Source: Candidatus Aquirickettsiella sp. | GTDB lineage: Bacteria > Pseudomonadota > Gammaproteobacteria > Diplorickettsiales > Diplorickettsiaceae | NCBI GenBank assembly: GCA_036495935.1 | Contig: DASXLX010000054.1 | Span: 23,464 to 87,463 of the forward strand | Direction: 5' to 3' | DNA: 64,000 nt | Shown here: positions 28,697-37,950 of the stretch, in pieces | How positions within the stretch are numbered: the stretch's first letter is position 1 | Layout: every line of letters starts with the position of its first letter | The notes under the pieces: generated by a model | What the model saw: the letters and a program-made list of their open reading frames with translations, nothing else | Told to the model about the DNA's origin: nothing | Databases searched by the model: none | Translations under genes and position numbers: made by a program

Positions 28697-29862
28697 AAAA
28701 TAGTGAAAAAAAATTAGAATTTGCTACTCGCTGCATACATGCTGGACAAATACCTGATCCAAGTACTGGTGCTTTAATAACACCCATTTATGCAACATCA
28801 ACTTACGTTCAAAAAAGCCCAGGGGTACATCAAGGCTTTGAGTATTCCAGAACTCAAAATCCTACACGGTTTGCTTACGAACGTTGTATTGCCGATTTAG
28901 AAAATGGTCACGCAGGATTTGCTTTTGCTTCTGGAATGGCGGCTATTAATACACTATTTGAGCTATTAAACCCCGGCGATCATATCATAGGTATGGATGA
29001 CTTGTATGGCGGCACTGTGCGTTTATTTAATCAAATTAAGCAACGATCATCAGATTTAAATTTTTCATATGTGGACATGACTGATTTAAATAATTTAAGT
29101 AAGCAAATAAAACCTGAAACTAAATTATTATGGATGGAATCTCCGACTAATCCCTTATTAAAATTAGTTGATATACAACAAGTAGTAAAAATTGCTCACC
29201 AACATAAATTAATTACTGTACTTGATAATACATTTGCTACTCCTTGGATCCAACAACCCTTAACATTGGGCTGTGATCTTGTTGTCCATTCTGCCACAAA
29301 ATATTTGAATGGACATTCCGATATGGTCGGAGGTATTGTAGTCGTCGGTGAGAATGCTGAATTAATTGAGAAAATAGGCTATTTACAAAATGCCATGGGA
29401 GCCATACAAGGTCCTTTTGACAGCTTCCTTGCCTTGCGAGGTTTGCACACTTTAGCGTTACGGATGCAAAGACATTGTGAAAACGCATTAAAAATTGCTC
29501 AGTTTTTGGAACAACACAACAAAGTTGAAAAAGTTTTTTATCCTGGCTTAGCGAGTCATCCTCAACATGAATTAGCTAAAAAACAAATGCATAACCGCTT
29601 CGGAGGAATTGTAAGCTTTGTATTGCAAGGAAATTTAGAAGAAACAAGTCATTTTGTTGAACGTTGTCGTTTATTTACATTGGCAGAAAGCCTAGGTTGC
29701 GTAGAGAGTCTTGTTGATCATCCTGCCATTATGACGCATGCTGCTTTACCTATAGAAACTCGTGAGCGTCTTGGTATTACTAATAATCTGCTGCGCTTAT
29801 CAGTAGGAATAGAAGCCGCCCAAGACCTTATTGATGATCTTGAACATGGATTAACATTCTAA
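28693..29862 (+). CDS. PLP-dependent trans-sulfuration enzyme (cystathionine gamma-synthase / beta- or gamma-lyase family)
   Basis: 389 aa. HSATKYLNGHSD (PLP Lys). ATGA overlap with the argD-like gene. Confidence 0.8.
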   Translation: MKNSEKKLEFATRCIHAGQIPDPSTGALITPIYATSTYVQKSPGVHQGFEYSRTQNPTRFAYERCIADLENGHAGFAFASGMAAINTLFELLNPGDHIIGMDDLYGGTVRLFNQIKQRSSDLNFSYVDMTDLNNLSKQIKPETKLLWMESPTNPLLKLVDIQQVVKIAHQHKLITVLDNTFATPWIQQPLTLGCDLVVHSATKYLNGHSDMVGGIVVVGENAELIEKIGYLQNAMGAIQGPFDSFLALRGLHTLALRMQRHCENALKIAQFLEQHNKVEKVFYPGLASHPQHELAKKQMHNRFGGIVSFVLQGNLEETSHFVERCRLFTLAESLGCVESLVDHPAIMTHAALPIETRERLGITNNLLRLSVGIEAAQDLIDDLEHGLTF

Positions 29863-29878
29863 AAATTATTTCTTTATT

Positions 29879-30160
29879 ATGGATAAAAGTAAATTTTTAT
29901 TACTTTTTATTTCTTTATTTTTGTTAGCTTGTCATTCAAGTCCAAGCTCTGATAGGTGGTTAATATCGTCAGAACCATTTACTTTTAAAATTATTCCAGG
30001 GAAAGCCAAGACCCCTTCCAGTACGATGCCCGCTGGATTCGGTCCCATCCGAGGACCTTCTTTACCCTCATCAAATGTAGAACATTCTTTTAGTAAGGAT
30101 TTGGGCAGATGTCGTGATAGCTTACTAAATCAACAAGTACATTTTGTATTTAATTTTTGA
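29879..30160 (+). CDS. Small putative lipoprotein, hypothetical
   Basis: 93 aa. Lipobox-like LFLLAC at residues 14-19. No family recognised. Confidence 0.4.
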   Translation: MDKSKFLLLFISLFLLACHSSPSSDRWLISSEPFTFKIIPGKAKTPSSTMPAGFGPIRGPSLPSSNVEHSFSKDLGRCRDSLLNQQVHFVFNF

Positions 30161-30171
30161 ATGGTTCGATT

Positions 30172-31212
30172 ATGAAAAAAGCAGTTGCTCTTATTTCTGG
30201 CGGCTTGGATTCTATGCTTGCCGTTCGTGTTATCCAAGAACAAGGGATTTATGTTGAAGGTATTAATTTTTATACAGGATTTTGCATTGAAGGTCATACA
30301 GGAGCTATTCGTAATTTACAACCTAGCAAACCCAAACGCAACAATGCGTTATGGGCTGCTGAACAATTAGGAATTAAATTACATATCATTGATATTATTC
30401 AAGACTATAAACAGATAGTCTTGAACCCTAAACATGGCTATGGCGCTCATCTCAATCCTTGTCTCGATTGCAAAATTTTTATGGTGAATAGAGCCAAGCA
30501 ATGGATGGAGGAGAATCACTTTGATTTTATCATTACTGGAGAGGTCATTGGTCAGCGTCCGAAATCCCAACTTAAGAGAAATATGCCTATAGTTGCGCAT
30601 GAATCTAAAGCAGACGACATTCTATTACGCCCACTTTGTGCCAAACTATTAGCACCCACTTTGGTAGAACGTGAGGGGTGGGTAGATCGTGAGAAACTTC
30701 AAGGATTTTCTGGTCGTAGTCGTAACTCTCAATTCGATTTAGCAAAAAAATTTGATTTTCAAGAATATGCACAGCCGGCTGGGGGCTGTTGTTTTTTAAC
30801 TAACGGTCATTACACAAAAAAACTAAGAGATCTGTGGAAGCACCGAGGAAAAAAAGACTATGAATTTGATGATATCATCTTGCTGAAAGTAGGTCGGCAC
30901 ATTCGACCCAATCCCGATTTTAAGCTCATTATTGGCCGAGATGAAGGTGAAAATCATTTCCTTGAAGCCTATCAACATCAATATACCTCGATAAAGCCCA
31001 TTAGTCATCTAGGTCCTTTAAGCCTAATTGATGGTAAAATTAATGCTGAATACATCCATTATGCCGCAAAAATCGCTGCTCGCTTTACCGACGCTAAATC
31101 CAATGATAAGGTAACTTTGGAAATTTGCTCATTGAGTGGTTCTGTGCAAACAATGGAGGTTAACCCTTTTACTGCAGATCAGATCCCTAAAGAGTGGTAT
31201 ATTTCAGGCTAA
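30172..31212 (+). CDS. PP-loop ATP pyrophosphatase, MnmA/ThiI-like putative thiolation enzyme (uncharacterised subfamily)
   Basis: MKKAVALISGGLDSMLAV (SGGxDS PP-loop), NPCLDCK (CxxC) and AQPAGGCCFL. ATG at 30172 preferred over the TTG at 30157. Confidence 0.7.
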   Translation: MKKAVALISGGLDSMLAVRVIQEQGIYVEGINFYTGFCIEGHTGAIRNLQPSKPKRNNALWAAEQLGIKLHIIDIIQDYKQIVLNPKHGYGAHLNPCLDCKIFMVNRAKQWMEENHFDFIITGEVIGQRPKSQLKRNMPIVAHESKADDILLRPLCAKLLAPTLVEREGWVDREKLQGFSGRSRNSQFDLAKKFDFQEYAQPAGGCCFLTNGHYTKKLRDLWKHRGKKDYEFDDIILLKVGRHIRPNPDFKLIIGRDEGENHFLEAYQHQYTSIKPISHLGPLSLIDGKINAEYIHYAAKIAARFTDAKSNDKVTLEICSLSGSVQTMEVNPFTADQIPKEWYISG

Positions 31213-31291
31213 TCTTATTTTCTAAGTAAAGTATTTTATTAAAAGCAATTTTAATTCCAATAAATTAATATTAGATTACCTACAAAAATCA

Positions 31292-31525
31292 ATGATTATG
31301 ACTCACCAATTAGATGCTCGACGTTTACTTTGTCCTTTACCTGTTATTAAGGTACAAGAGTACGTAAAAAAGTTAAATCCTGGTGATATTTTAGAGGTTG
31401 TATGTACTGATAAGGGTAGTCTCTCTGATATTTCAGCTTGGTGTCGCATCCATGGTCATTATTTACTGTCTAGTAACACCCAATGTCGAGAAATTTTCAT
31501 GTTGATACAAATAGGTACTTGTTAA
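31292..31525 (+). CDS. TusA/SirA-family sulfur-carrier protein
   Basis: 77 aa. LDARRLLCPLPVIKV (conserved CP-x-P Cys), ILEVVCTD...DISAWCRIHGH. Confidence 0.75.
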   Translation: MIMTHQLDARRLLCPLPVIKVQEYVKKLNPGDILEVVCTDKGSLSDISAWCRIHGHYLLSSNTQCREIFMLIQIGTC

Positions 31526-32649
31526 TGAAGACTTCTCGCTATCAACAAATACGCTTTATCGCATTGTGGGGTGGATTAAAAAATATCCTATTAGCGGGAT
31601 TGAAAATAATCTTTGGTATTATTGGTCATTCTCATGGCTTACTAGCTGATGGAATTCATTCCCTATCTGATTTAATTGTTGATAGCGTTGTTATTATTGC
31701 CTCAAAATTTGGCAATAAAGCAGCGGATGAGGATCATCCTTATGGACATGGTCGTATTGAAACAGCAGCTACCGTTTTTTTAGCATTAATTTTAGCTATT
31801 GCAGCTTTTGCTATCATTGTAAGTGCTTTTAATACTATCGCTGCGGTTCATGTCCATATCGTGCCAGCTCAAATTGTTTTATGGATTGCTCTTAGCTCAG
31901 TTGTGCTCAATGAAATACTTTATTTCTGGACCAAACACATAGCAAATAAAATTAAATCCAGACTGTTAATAACCAATGCCTGGCATCATCGTAGTGATTC
32001 AGCTTCTTCTATAGCCGTTGCCTTAGGTGTGATTGGAGCTTGGTTTGGTTTCCCTAAATTAGATGCCGTTGCAGCTATTATTGTTGGGTTAATGATTTTA
32101 AAAATGGCTTGGGATTTTGGTTGGCATAGTATTCGTGAATTAGTTGATACCGCTCTCAGCATAGAAGAAACAGAAAAAATTAAATTATTTATAAAGGAAA
32201 TCCCTGGTGTAAAGGCAATTCATCAACTTCGCACCCGTTCAATTGCAGGATCCATCTTTTGTGATGTTCATGTTTTAGTTGATCCCTTCATTAGTGTTTC
32301 AGAAGGACATTACATAGGTCAAGAAGTCGATAAACGTTTGATTGCATCATTTCCAAATATTACTGATGTTACCGTTCATATTGATACAGAAGATGATGAA
32401 TTAACTAATCCTTCTTATAATTTACCTAATCGAGCTACATTACAAAAAATTTTGCAGAAATATTGGCAACATTTACTGCCAGAAATAGCAATTAAAACAG
32501 CTGCTTTTCATTATTTGGATAGTAAAATCACGATTGACTTGAAATTACCGATTGAATTCAGTAATCAAAATGACTTAGAAACTAAATTAAAAAAAATTAC
32601 AGCAACAGAAAGCTTTATCACTGATATTAAAATTTTTTATTATAAATGA
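31525..32649 (+). CDS. Cation diffusion facilitator (CDF) family metal efflux transporter
   Basis: Start at MKTSRYQ (TAATG overlap with the TusA-like stop). LLADGIHSLSDLIVD, HHRSDSASS, cytoplasmic C-terminal domain. Confidence 0.85.
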   Translation: MKTSRYQQIRFIALWGGLKNILLAGLKIIFGIIGHSHGLLADGIHSLSDLIVDSVVIIASKFGNKAADEDHPYGHGRIETAATVFLALILAIAAFAIIVSAFNTIAAVHVHIVPAQIVLWIALSSVVLNEILYFWTKHIANKIKSRLLITNAWHHRSDSASSIAVALGVIGAWFGFPKLDAVAAIIVGLMILKMAWDFGWHSIRELVDTALSIEETEKIKLFIKEIPGVKAIHQLRTRSIAGSIFCDVHVLVDPFISVSEGHYIGQEVDKRLIASFPNITDVTVHIDTEDDELTNPSYNLPNRATLQKILQKYWQHLLPEIAIKTAAFHYLDSKITIDLKLPIEFSNQNDLETKLKKITATESFITDIKIFYYK

Positions 32650-33431
32650 CTCAATTATTTAAAATTGCCACTTGGAATGTTAACTCATTGCGCGTACGTT
32701 TAGAACATGTTTTAACATGGCTGACTTCCTATGAACCTCACCTACTTGCGATACAAGAAACGAAAGTTGAAAATCACCATTTTCCTGAAGAACCATTCAA
32801 AAAAGCAGGTTACCACATCTTATATAATGGCCAAAAGACCTACAATGGTGTTGCCTTCATTAGTCGTATTCCCATGCAAAATGTAATGACTTTCTTGCCG
32901 GACTTTGGTGATACACAACGACGTATTTTAGTAGTAAACATAGGATCTTTACGTATTGTCAACGTTTACGTGCCTAATGGTTCAAATTTAGGGTCTGAAA
33001 AATTTATCTATAAATTGCAATGGTTAAAGCAATTAAAAAATTATTTACAACAGGAATTAAGTATACATCCACATTTAATTGTACTAGGAGATTTTAATAT
33101 CGCTCCAGAAGATAAAGACGTTCATGATCCGCAAATTTGGCAAGGCAAAGTGTTAGTTAGTCCAGAGGAACGTCACGCTTTAAATGATATATTGGCTTTA
33201 GGGTTAAAGGATAGTTTTCGGTTATTTAATAATGAGCCCGGTTATTACACATGGTGGGATTACAGGGCTGGTGCTTTTCGACGAAATCATGGTTTACGTA
33301 TCGATCATATATTAAGCAGTAATGCTTTAATTCCTCAATGTATTGCCTGCGAAATTGATAAAGAAATACGATTATGGGAAAAACCGTCGGATCACGTTCC
33401 TGTCATAGCAACTTATCAAAATATAAACTAG
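32646..33431 (+). CDS. xthA: Exodeoxyribonuclease III
   Basis: 261 aa. IATWNVNSLRVR, LAIQETK, GDFNIAPED, SDHVPV. Confidence 0.9.
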   Translation: MTQLFKIATWNVNSLRVRLEHVLTWLTSYEPHLLAIQETKVENHHFPEEPFKKAGYHILYNGQKTYNGVAFISRIPMQNVMTFLPDFGDTQRRILVVNIGSLRIVNVYVPNGSNLGSEKFIYKLQWLKQLKNYLQQELSIHPHLIVLGDFNIAPEDKDVHDPQIWQGKVLVSPEERHALNDILALGLKDSFRLFNNEPGYYTWWDYRAGAFRRNHGLRIDHILSSNALIPQCIACEIDKEIRLWEKPSDHVPVIATYQNIN

Positions 33432-33443
33432 GATTTATTTATA

Positions 33444-33761
33444 ATGGAGCCTATAAAAGCACGTTTTGGAATCGGAGAAATTGTTCAGCATAGTTTATTT
33501 GGCTATCGCGGTGTCATTATTGACGCTGATGCTAGCTTTCAAGGGGATGATGCTTGGTATAGCAAAAACGCGCCGGGAAATCCTCCTAAAAACCAACCTT
33601 GGTATCATATTTTAGTTCATGGCTCTGTTCATCATGCATATGCAGCCGAAATGAATCTAACTAAGGACGATACATTAGATCCAATTGAACATCCTGAATT
33701 AGATTATTTTTTTGATAACTTTGAAAATGGTGTCTACTATCGTCGTCGATATAGCAATTGA
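33444..33761 (+). CDS. hspQ: Heat-shock protein HspQ (YccV hemimethylated-DNA-binding domain)
   Basis: 105 aa. FGIGEIVQHSLFGYRGVIIDAD...PWYHILV, collinear with E. coli HspQ. Confidence 0.8.
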   Translation: MEPIKARFGIGEIVQHSLFGYRGVIIDADASFQGDDAWYSKNAPGNPPKNQPWYHILVHGSVHHAYAAEMNLTKDDTLDPIEHPELDYFFDNFENGVYYRRRYSN

Positions 33762-33799
33762 ATTAACAACAATATAATTGATTAATAAAAAGCTGAATT

Positions 33800-34291
33800 A
33801 TGAAAAATTTGACGTTTATTCGACATGCCGAAACCTATCCGCAACAGATTTTTGAAAGTGATAAAGATCGGACTCTCACTCCATTTGGTCTTCGCCAAAT
33901 TGAGAATATTGCAAACCAATTAATAGAAAAAAAATTCTTGCCAGATTATTTGGTTTGTAGCCCGGCTACACGTGCGATACAAACAGCTCGACTTCTCTGC
34001 GAAAAATTAAAAATAAATCCAAGACTGCTAAAGATTAGCCCTATACTCTATTCAGGCGATATCAAAACTATATTACAAGACTTTTTTTTGTTAAATTTAG
34101 CTCAACAGGCTTTCATAATTGGTCATAATCCTACATTAAGTTGCTTGGCCCACAAATTATGTTTAACTACAAAATCTATCATTTTGCCTCCCGCAGGTAT
34201 AATCTCAATAAATTTTGACATTGAAAAATGGGATGATCTTCTAACTAAACAGGGAACGTTACTGTTTTGCATCGAGCCTGGACATGAATAA
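33800..34291 (+). CDS. sixA: Phosphohistidine phosphatase SixA
   Basis: 163 aa. RHAE catalytic start (LTFIRHAET), GHNP motif. Confidence 0.75.
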   Translation: MKNLTFIRHAETYPQQIFESDKDRTLTPFGLRQIENIANQLIEKKFLPDYLVCSPATRAIQTARLLCEKLKINPRLLKISPILYSGDIKTILQDFFLLNLAQQAFIIGHNPTLSCLAHKLCLTTKSIILPPAGIISINFDIEKWDDLLTKQGTLLFCIEPGHE

Positions 34292-36047
34292 TACTCATCA
34301 TGATGAAATGGCACAATTAATCCAAGCTAAAAATCCTCCTACTATTGAAGTTTTTTTTCAGCAAGCTTTAAATGCCCATGAATCAGGCAATATAAAATAT
34401 GCTAGAGATATTTATGAATATATACTAAACATACAACCCGATCATGTAGAAACTATGCATGCCTTAGGTATGCTTGCTTCTGAATTAGAGCAATGGGAGA
34501 CTGCGATTGCTTGGATACAACGCGCTTTATCTATTCAACCCGATTCAACACGTTTTCACTTTCATTTAGCAAATCTTTTTAAAAACATAAATCAATTTGA
34601 ATTCGCATTAACACATTATCAAACTGCTTTGCGTTTGAACCCACACTATGCTGAAGTTCATAACAATTTAGCGAGTTTATTTTATAAACAAAATCAATTA
34701 AATGCGGCTCGGCAACATTATATTCAAGCAATCGATATAAAAACGGACTATCTGGAAGCACATTTTAATTTAGGTTTAGTATTTTTAGCTCAACAAGAAA
34801 AAAATGCTGCAATAACTCAATTTAAAAATGTAATAAACTTACATCCAAATTCTATTCAAGGCCATTGGCAACTCGCCAATATTTATTGGCAAAATCAGGA
34901 TCTAGAAAAAGTCCATTATCATTATCAAAAAATACTCGATTTAGATCCAAATTCAGTAGAATTATTAAATAATTTCGGTGCTCTAATGTTAAGAAAGGAG
35001 CAAATTAATGTAGCTATCGATTATTTTAAACGAGCACTCACTATTGATCCTACGCACAAAACCTCAAGAAACAATCTTGCAGCTATTTTACTACAAAGCA
35101 ATCAATTGAAAGAAGCCATATGGCATTATTCCTTATATCTAAATTTAGATCCTTTAAATATAGAGGCGCTTTTTAACCGAGCACATGGCTTAATGTTGAT
35201 CGGTAATTTACATGAAGCCAAATATGATTTAAAAAAGATTTTGACTATAGATGATACACAAATAGATACTCATTGTAACCTTGCTGCCATTTATTTAAAA
35301 CTTAACAATCCAGTTACTGCTTTAACCCATTATCGAACCATTTTAAATTTAAACAACAAACATTCCATTGCTAATTACATGATCAGTGCACTCACTCGAC
35401 AATCTCTACCTGAAACTGCACCTTTAGATTATATTAAAAATTTATTTGACAATTACGCCTTTCAATTTGATGAGCATTTGCAAAACATATTACTCTATAA
35501 AACACCTGAATTACTGCGCAAACAATTAAATCCATTTTTGGAGAAAAAAAAATATAATCTTTTAGATCTAGGTTGTGGCACCGGTCTTAGCGGTCAGTGT
35601 TTCGTTGATATTTCTAAAAAAATAACCGGTATAGATATTTCACGGAATATGCTTAATAAAGCTAAAGAAAAAGCGTGTTATGATATCTTAATAGAAAATG
35701 ATATTTTGAATAGCTTAGCTGAATTAAAAGAAAATTTTGATCTTATTTTGTGTATCGATACATTAGTATATTTTGGCAATCTTAGTGAGTTTTTTACTAA
35801 AACTTTACATTGTTTAACTGTTAACGGTTTGTTGGCTATCTCTATTGAGCTTTCTGAGCAATCTTTTTCTTCATACATTTTACAAGCTAATGGGCGATAT
35901 CAACATGCTGAAATTTATGTAAGAGAATTAGCTAAAAAAAATCAGTTAATACTCTTAAATTATAAAAATGTAGTGGGACGTCAGCAAGAAAATAAAGCTA
36001 TTCAGACAGGCTTATTTATTTTTCAGAAAAAAATAATGGTAAACTAA
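34284..36047 (+). CDS. TPR-repeat protein fused to a class-I SAM-dependent methyltransferase
   Basis: ~10 TPR-like 34-residue repeats, then LLDLGCGTGLSG (motif I) and a Rossmann-type C-terminal domain. Confidence 0.75.
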   Translation: MNNTHHDEMAQLIQAKNPPTIEVFFQQALNAHESGNIKYARDIYEYILNIQPDHVETMHALGMLASELEQWETAIAWIQRALSIQPDSTRFHFHLANLFKNINQFEFALTHYQTALRLNPHYAEVHNNLASLFYKQNQLNAARQHYIQAIDIKTDYLEAHFNLGLVFLAQQEKNAAITQFKNVINLHPNSIQGHWQLANIYWQNQDLEKVHYHYQKILDLDPNSVELLNNFGALMLRKEQINVAIDYFKRALTIDPTHKTSRNNLAAILLQSNQLKEAIWHYSLYLNLDPLNIEALFNRAHGLMLIGNLHEAKYDLKKILTIDDTQIDTHCNLAAIYLKLNNPVTALTHYRTILNLNNKHSIANYMISALTRQSLPETAPLDYIKNLFDNYAFQFDEHLQNILLYKTPELLRKQLNPFLEKKKYNLLDLGCGTGLSGQCFVDISKKITGIDISRNMLNKAKEKACYDILIENDILNSLAELKENFDLILCIDTLVYFGNLSEFFTKTLHCLTVNGLLAISIELSEQSFSSYILQANGRYQHAEIYVRELAKKNQLILLNYKNVVGRQQENKAIQTGLFIFQKKIMVN

Positions 36048-36063
36048 CGATCTAAACCATTAA

Positions 36064-37039
36064 ATGTTTATTCTAAAGTATTCTATGAAATATATATCTA
36101 TAAAAAAATTAATCTGTTTAATTTTGTTTTCTTTACCTCTTTTTTATCCTGCAATAAAAACTTATTCTTTTCCTTTGGATTTGAAAAACTGCGAAAATAC
36201 TCTTTATCTATTTACAACATCCTCATCATGTATTGCCCTGTGCTGGAAAGATATTACCTAGTTTCACAATTAAGTTATCTAGGCGAAGAAAAAACAAATA
36301 CCACATATTTATAAAGTTTACGCTCAGCATTGGCCGATAGCATTGAAGGATTATTATCAGCAACATATACCTGAATATGCTAACCCCAAAAGTCCTTTTT
36401 TCAAAAATTATTTAAAATTATTACAAATAGAGGATCCTTTCACTTACTTTACAGACACAGCTTATCAAAAAAAGTTATCTGAGATGTCTAAATATATTAT
36501 TAATGCAAGTGGAGATGATTTTTTTCCGCCCGATAGTTCTCAGCATTATTATCAAGCATTATCAGGAAAGAAATTATTATTTTATTTACCTAACTCTCCT
36601 CATTATGTAGAATATTCACCTTCGATCTCGCAATTAGCTTACATTATCCGCTTTTTATAAAAGAATTATTTCTCATCAAACGTTACCGATCATTGCTTGG
36701 AATAGAAAAACGACTGGTGAATTAAAAATTCATTATTCTGAAAAGCCTGAAAAAATAATAGTATGGTCTCATAATCTCCATACCCGAGATTTTCGTTACT
36801 CCTGTGCAATTAATTATCAACCAATGGATATAATAGTAAACGAGCAAGAGACCAAATTAATAATTCCAAACGCTAAACAAGGTTGGCGCGCATCGTATGT
36901 CGAATTAGATTTTCCTGACGGTTTACGAGCAAGCACACCTATTTTTATATCGCCAGATGCTTATCCTAAAAACCAAATTATGTCACCACAAGGAATGTGT
37001 CTATTGATAACACCTGAGCATAAAAATATCGCTGAATAA
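36064..37039 (+). pseudogene. Degraded PhoPQ-activated pathogenicity-related (PqaA-type) protein gene
   Basis: Signal peptide fragment (36064..36261). Out-of-frame fragment with KYIINASGDDFFPPDSSQHYYQALSGKKLLFYLPNSPH (36343..36660). Third-frame C-terminal fragment to 37039. The middle of the hydrolase core is missing. Confidence 0.7.
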
Positions 37040-37042
37040 ATG

Positions 37043-37179
37043 TTAGGTTCTGTTCCTTAAGCGATGATTGTAATCCGCAAGCAGCTGAAAAAACAGAGTT
37101 TACACGAAGTAAATGCGTATTTCTGAGCTGTTTTTAACGCGGCAGATGGCGACAAGGGTACTTTAAGAACAGAACCTAA
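37043..37179. repeat. Family B long-hairpin MITE-like element (B1, 137 bp)
   Basis: TIRs ttaggttctgttccttaag / ctttaagaacagaacctaa. Apical hairpin gagTTTACacgaaGTAAAtg shared with B2. The last 4 nt overlap the cytochrome c4 stop codon. Confidence 0.75.
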
Positions 37180-37823
37180 GAGTATAAACCTGAAATATAA
37201 TTGGCTACTGCGATAATTTCAGTGTCATTCATTTTCTTAGTAATTACCGGCATCATCTGAAATTTATCATTATTCCGCCTGCCATCACGAAAGGCTTTTA
37301 ATTGAGTGGCAATATACTGTGCATGTTGTCCACTTAAGCGAGGAAATCCAGCTGATGGATTCCCTAAACCTGCAGGTCCATGACACGCTAAACAAGCCGG
37401 CACTCCTTTGGCATCTCCGCCACGGTAAATTCTTTGCCCTAAAGAAAGTAAACGGAGTTGTGCGCTATCAATAGTTCCTATCAAAGTTGCATAATAATTT
37501 GCTATTTTGATTTTTTCTTTTCTCGATAATGCTACAATTAATGAGTTCATTATTGGATTATCACGCCCACATTTCGCATTCGGTTGAAAATCCTGCATTT
37601 GCTTGATTAAATAATTAGCGTTCTGACCCGCCAATTTCGGCCAATTTTCATTAACTGTGGAATTTCCTTGGATACCATGACATAACTCACATCCAGCAAT
37701 AATATCATTAAATTTTTCTTCAATAATTTTGGCATCACTCGGCGAAAAACCGAATAAAAAAAATAATATAAAGAGAAAAGTAAAATTTTTGTAATCTAAC
37801 ATATGAAAATTTTTTTCTAACAC
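37176..37823 (-). CDS. Di-haem cytochrome c4
   Basis: Signal peptide and two CxxCH motifs (CELCHG, CLACHG). Divergent from engB, as in many gammaproteobacteria. Confidence 0.85.
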   Translation of the reverse strand: MLEKNFHMLDYKNFTFLFILFFLFGFSPSDAKIIEEKFNDIIAGCELCHGIQGNSTVNENWPKLAGQNANYLIKQMQDFQPNAKCGRDNPIMNSLIVALSRKEKIKIANYYATLIGTIDSAQLRLLSLGQRIYRGGDAKGVPACLACHGPAGLGNPSAGFPRLSGQHAQYIATQLKAFRDGRRNNDKFQMMPVITKKMNDTEIIAVANYISGLYS

Positions 37824-37950
37824 AATTGAGGGAAATAATTAATATTGCTAAACGCAATTTTTTAGTTTATAGTCTTCTTAGGCTTTGATAAATATAAAAA
37901 TAACATAAAGGCCAGGGAATTTTTCTTTTTTTATTAAGCGGAAGATAAGC

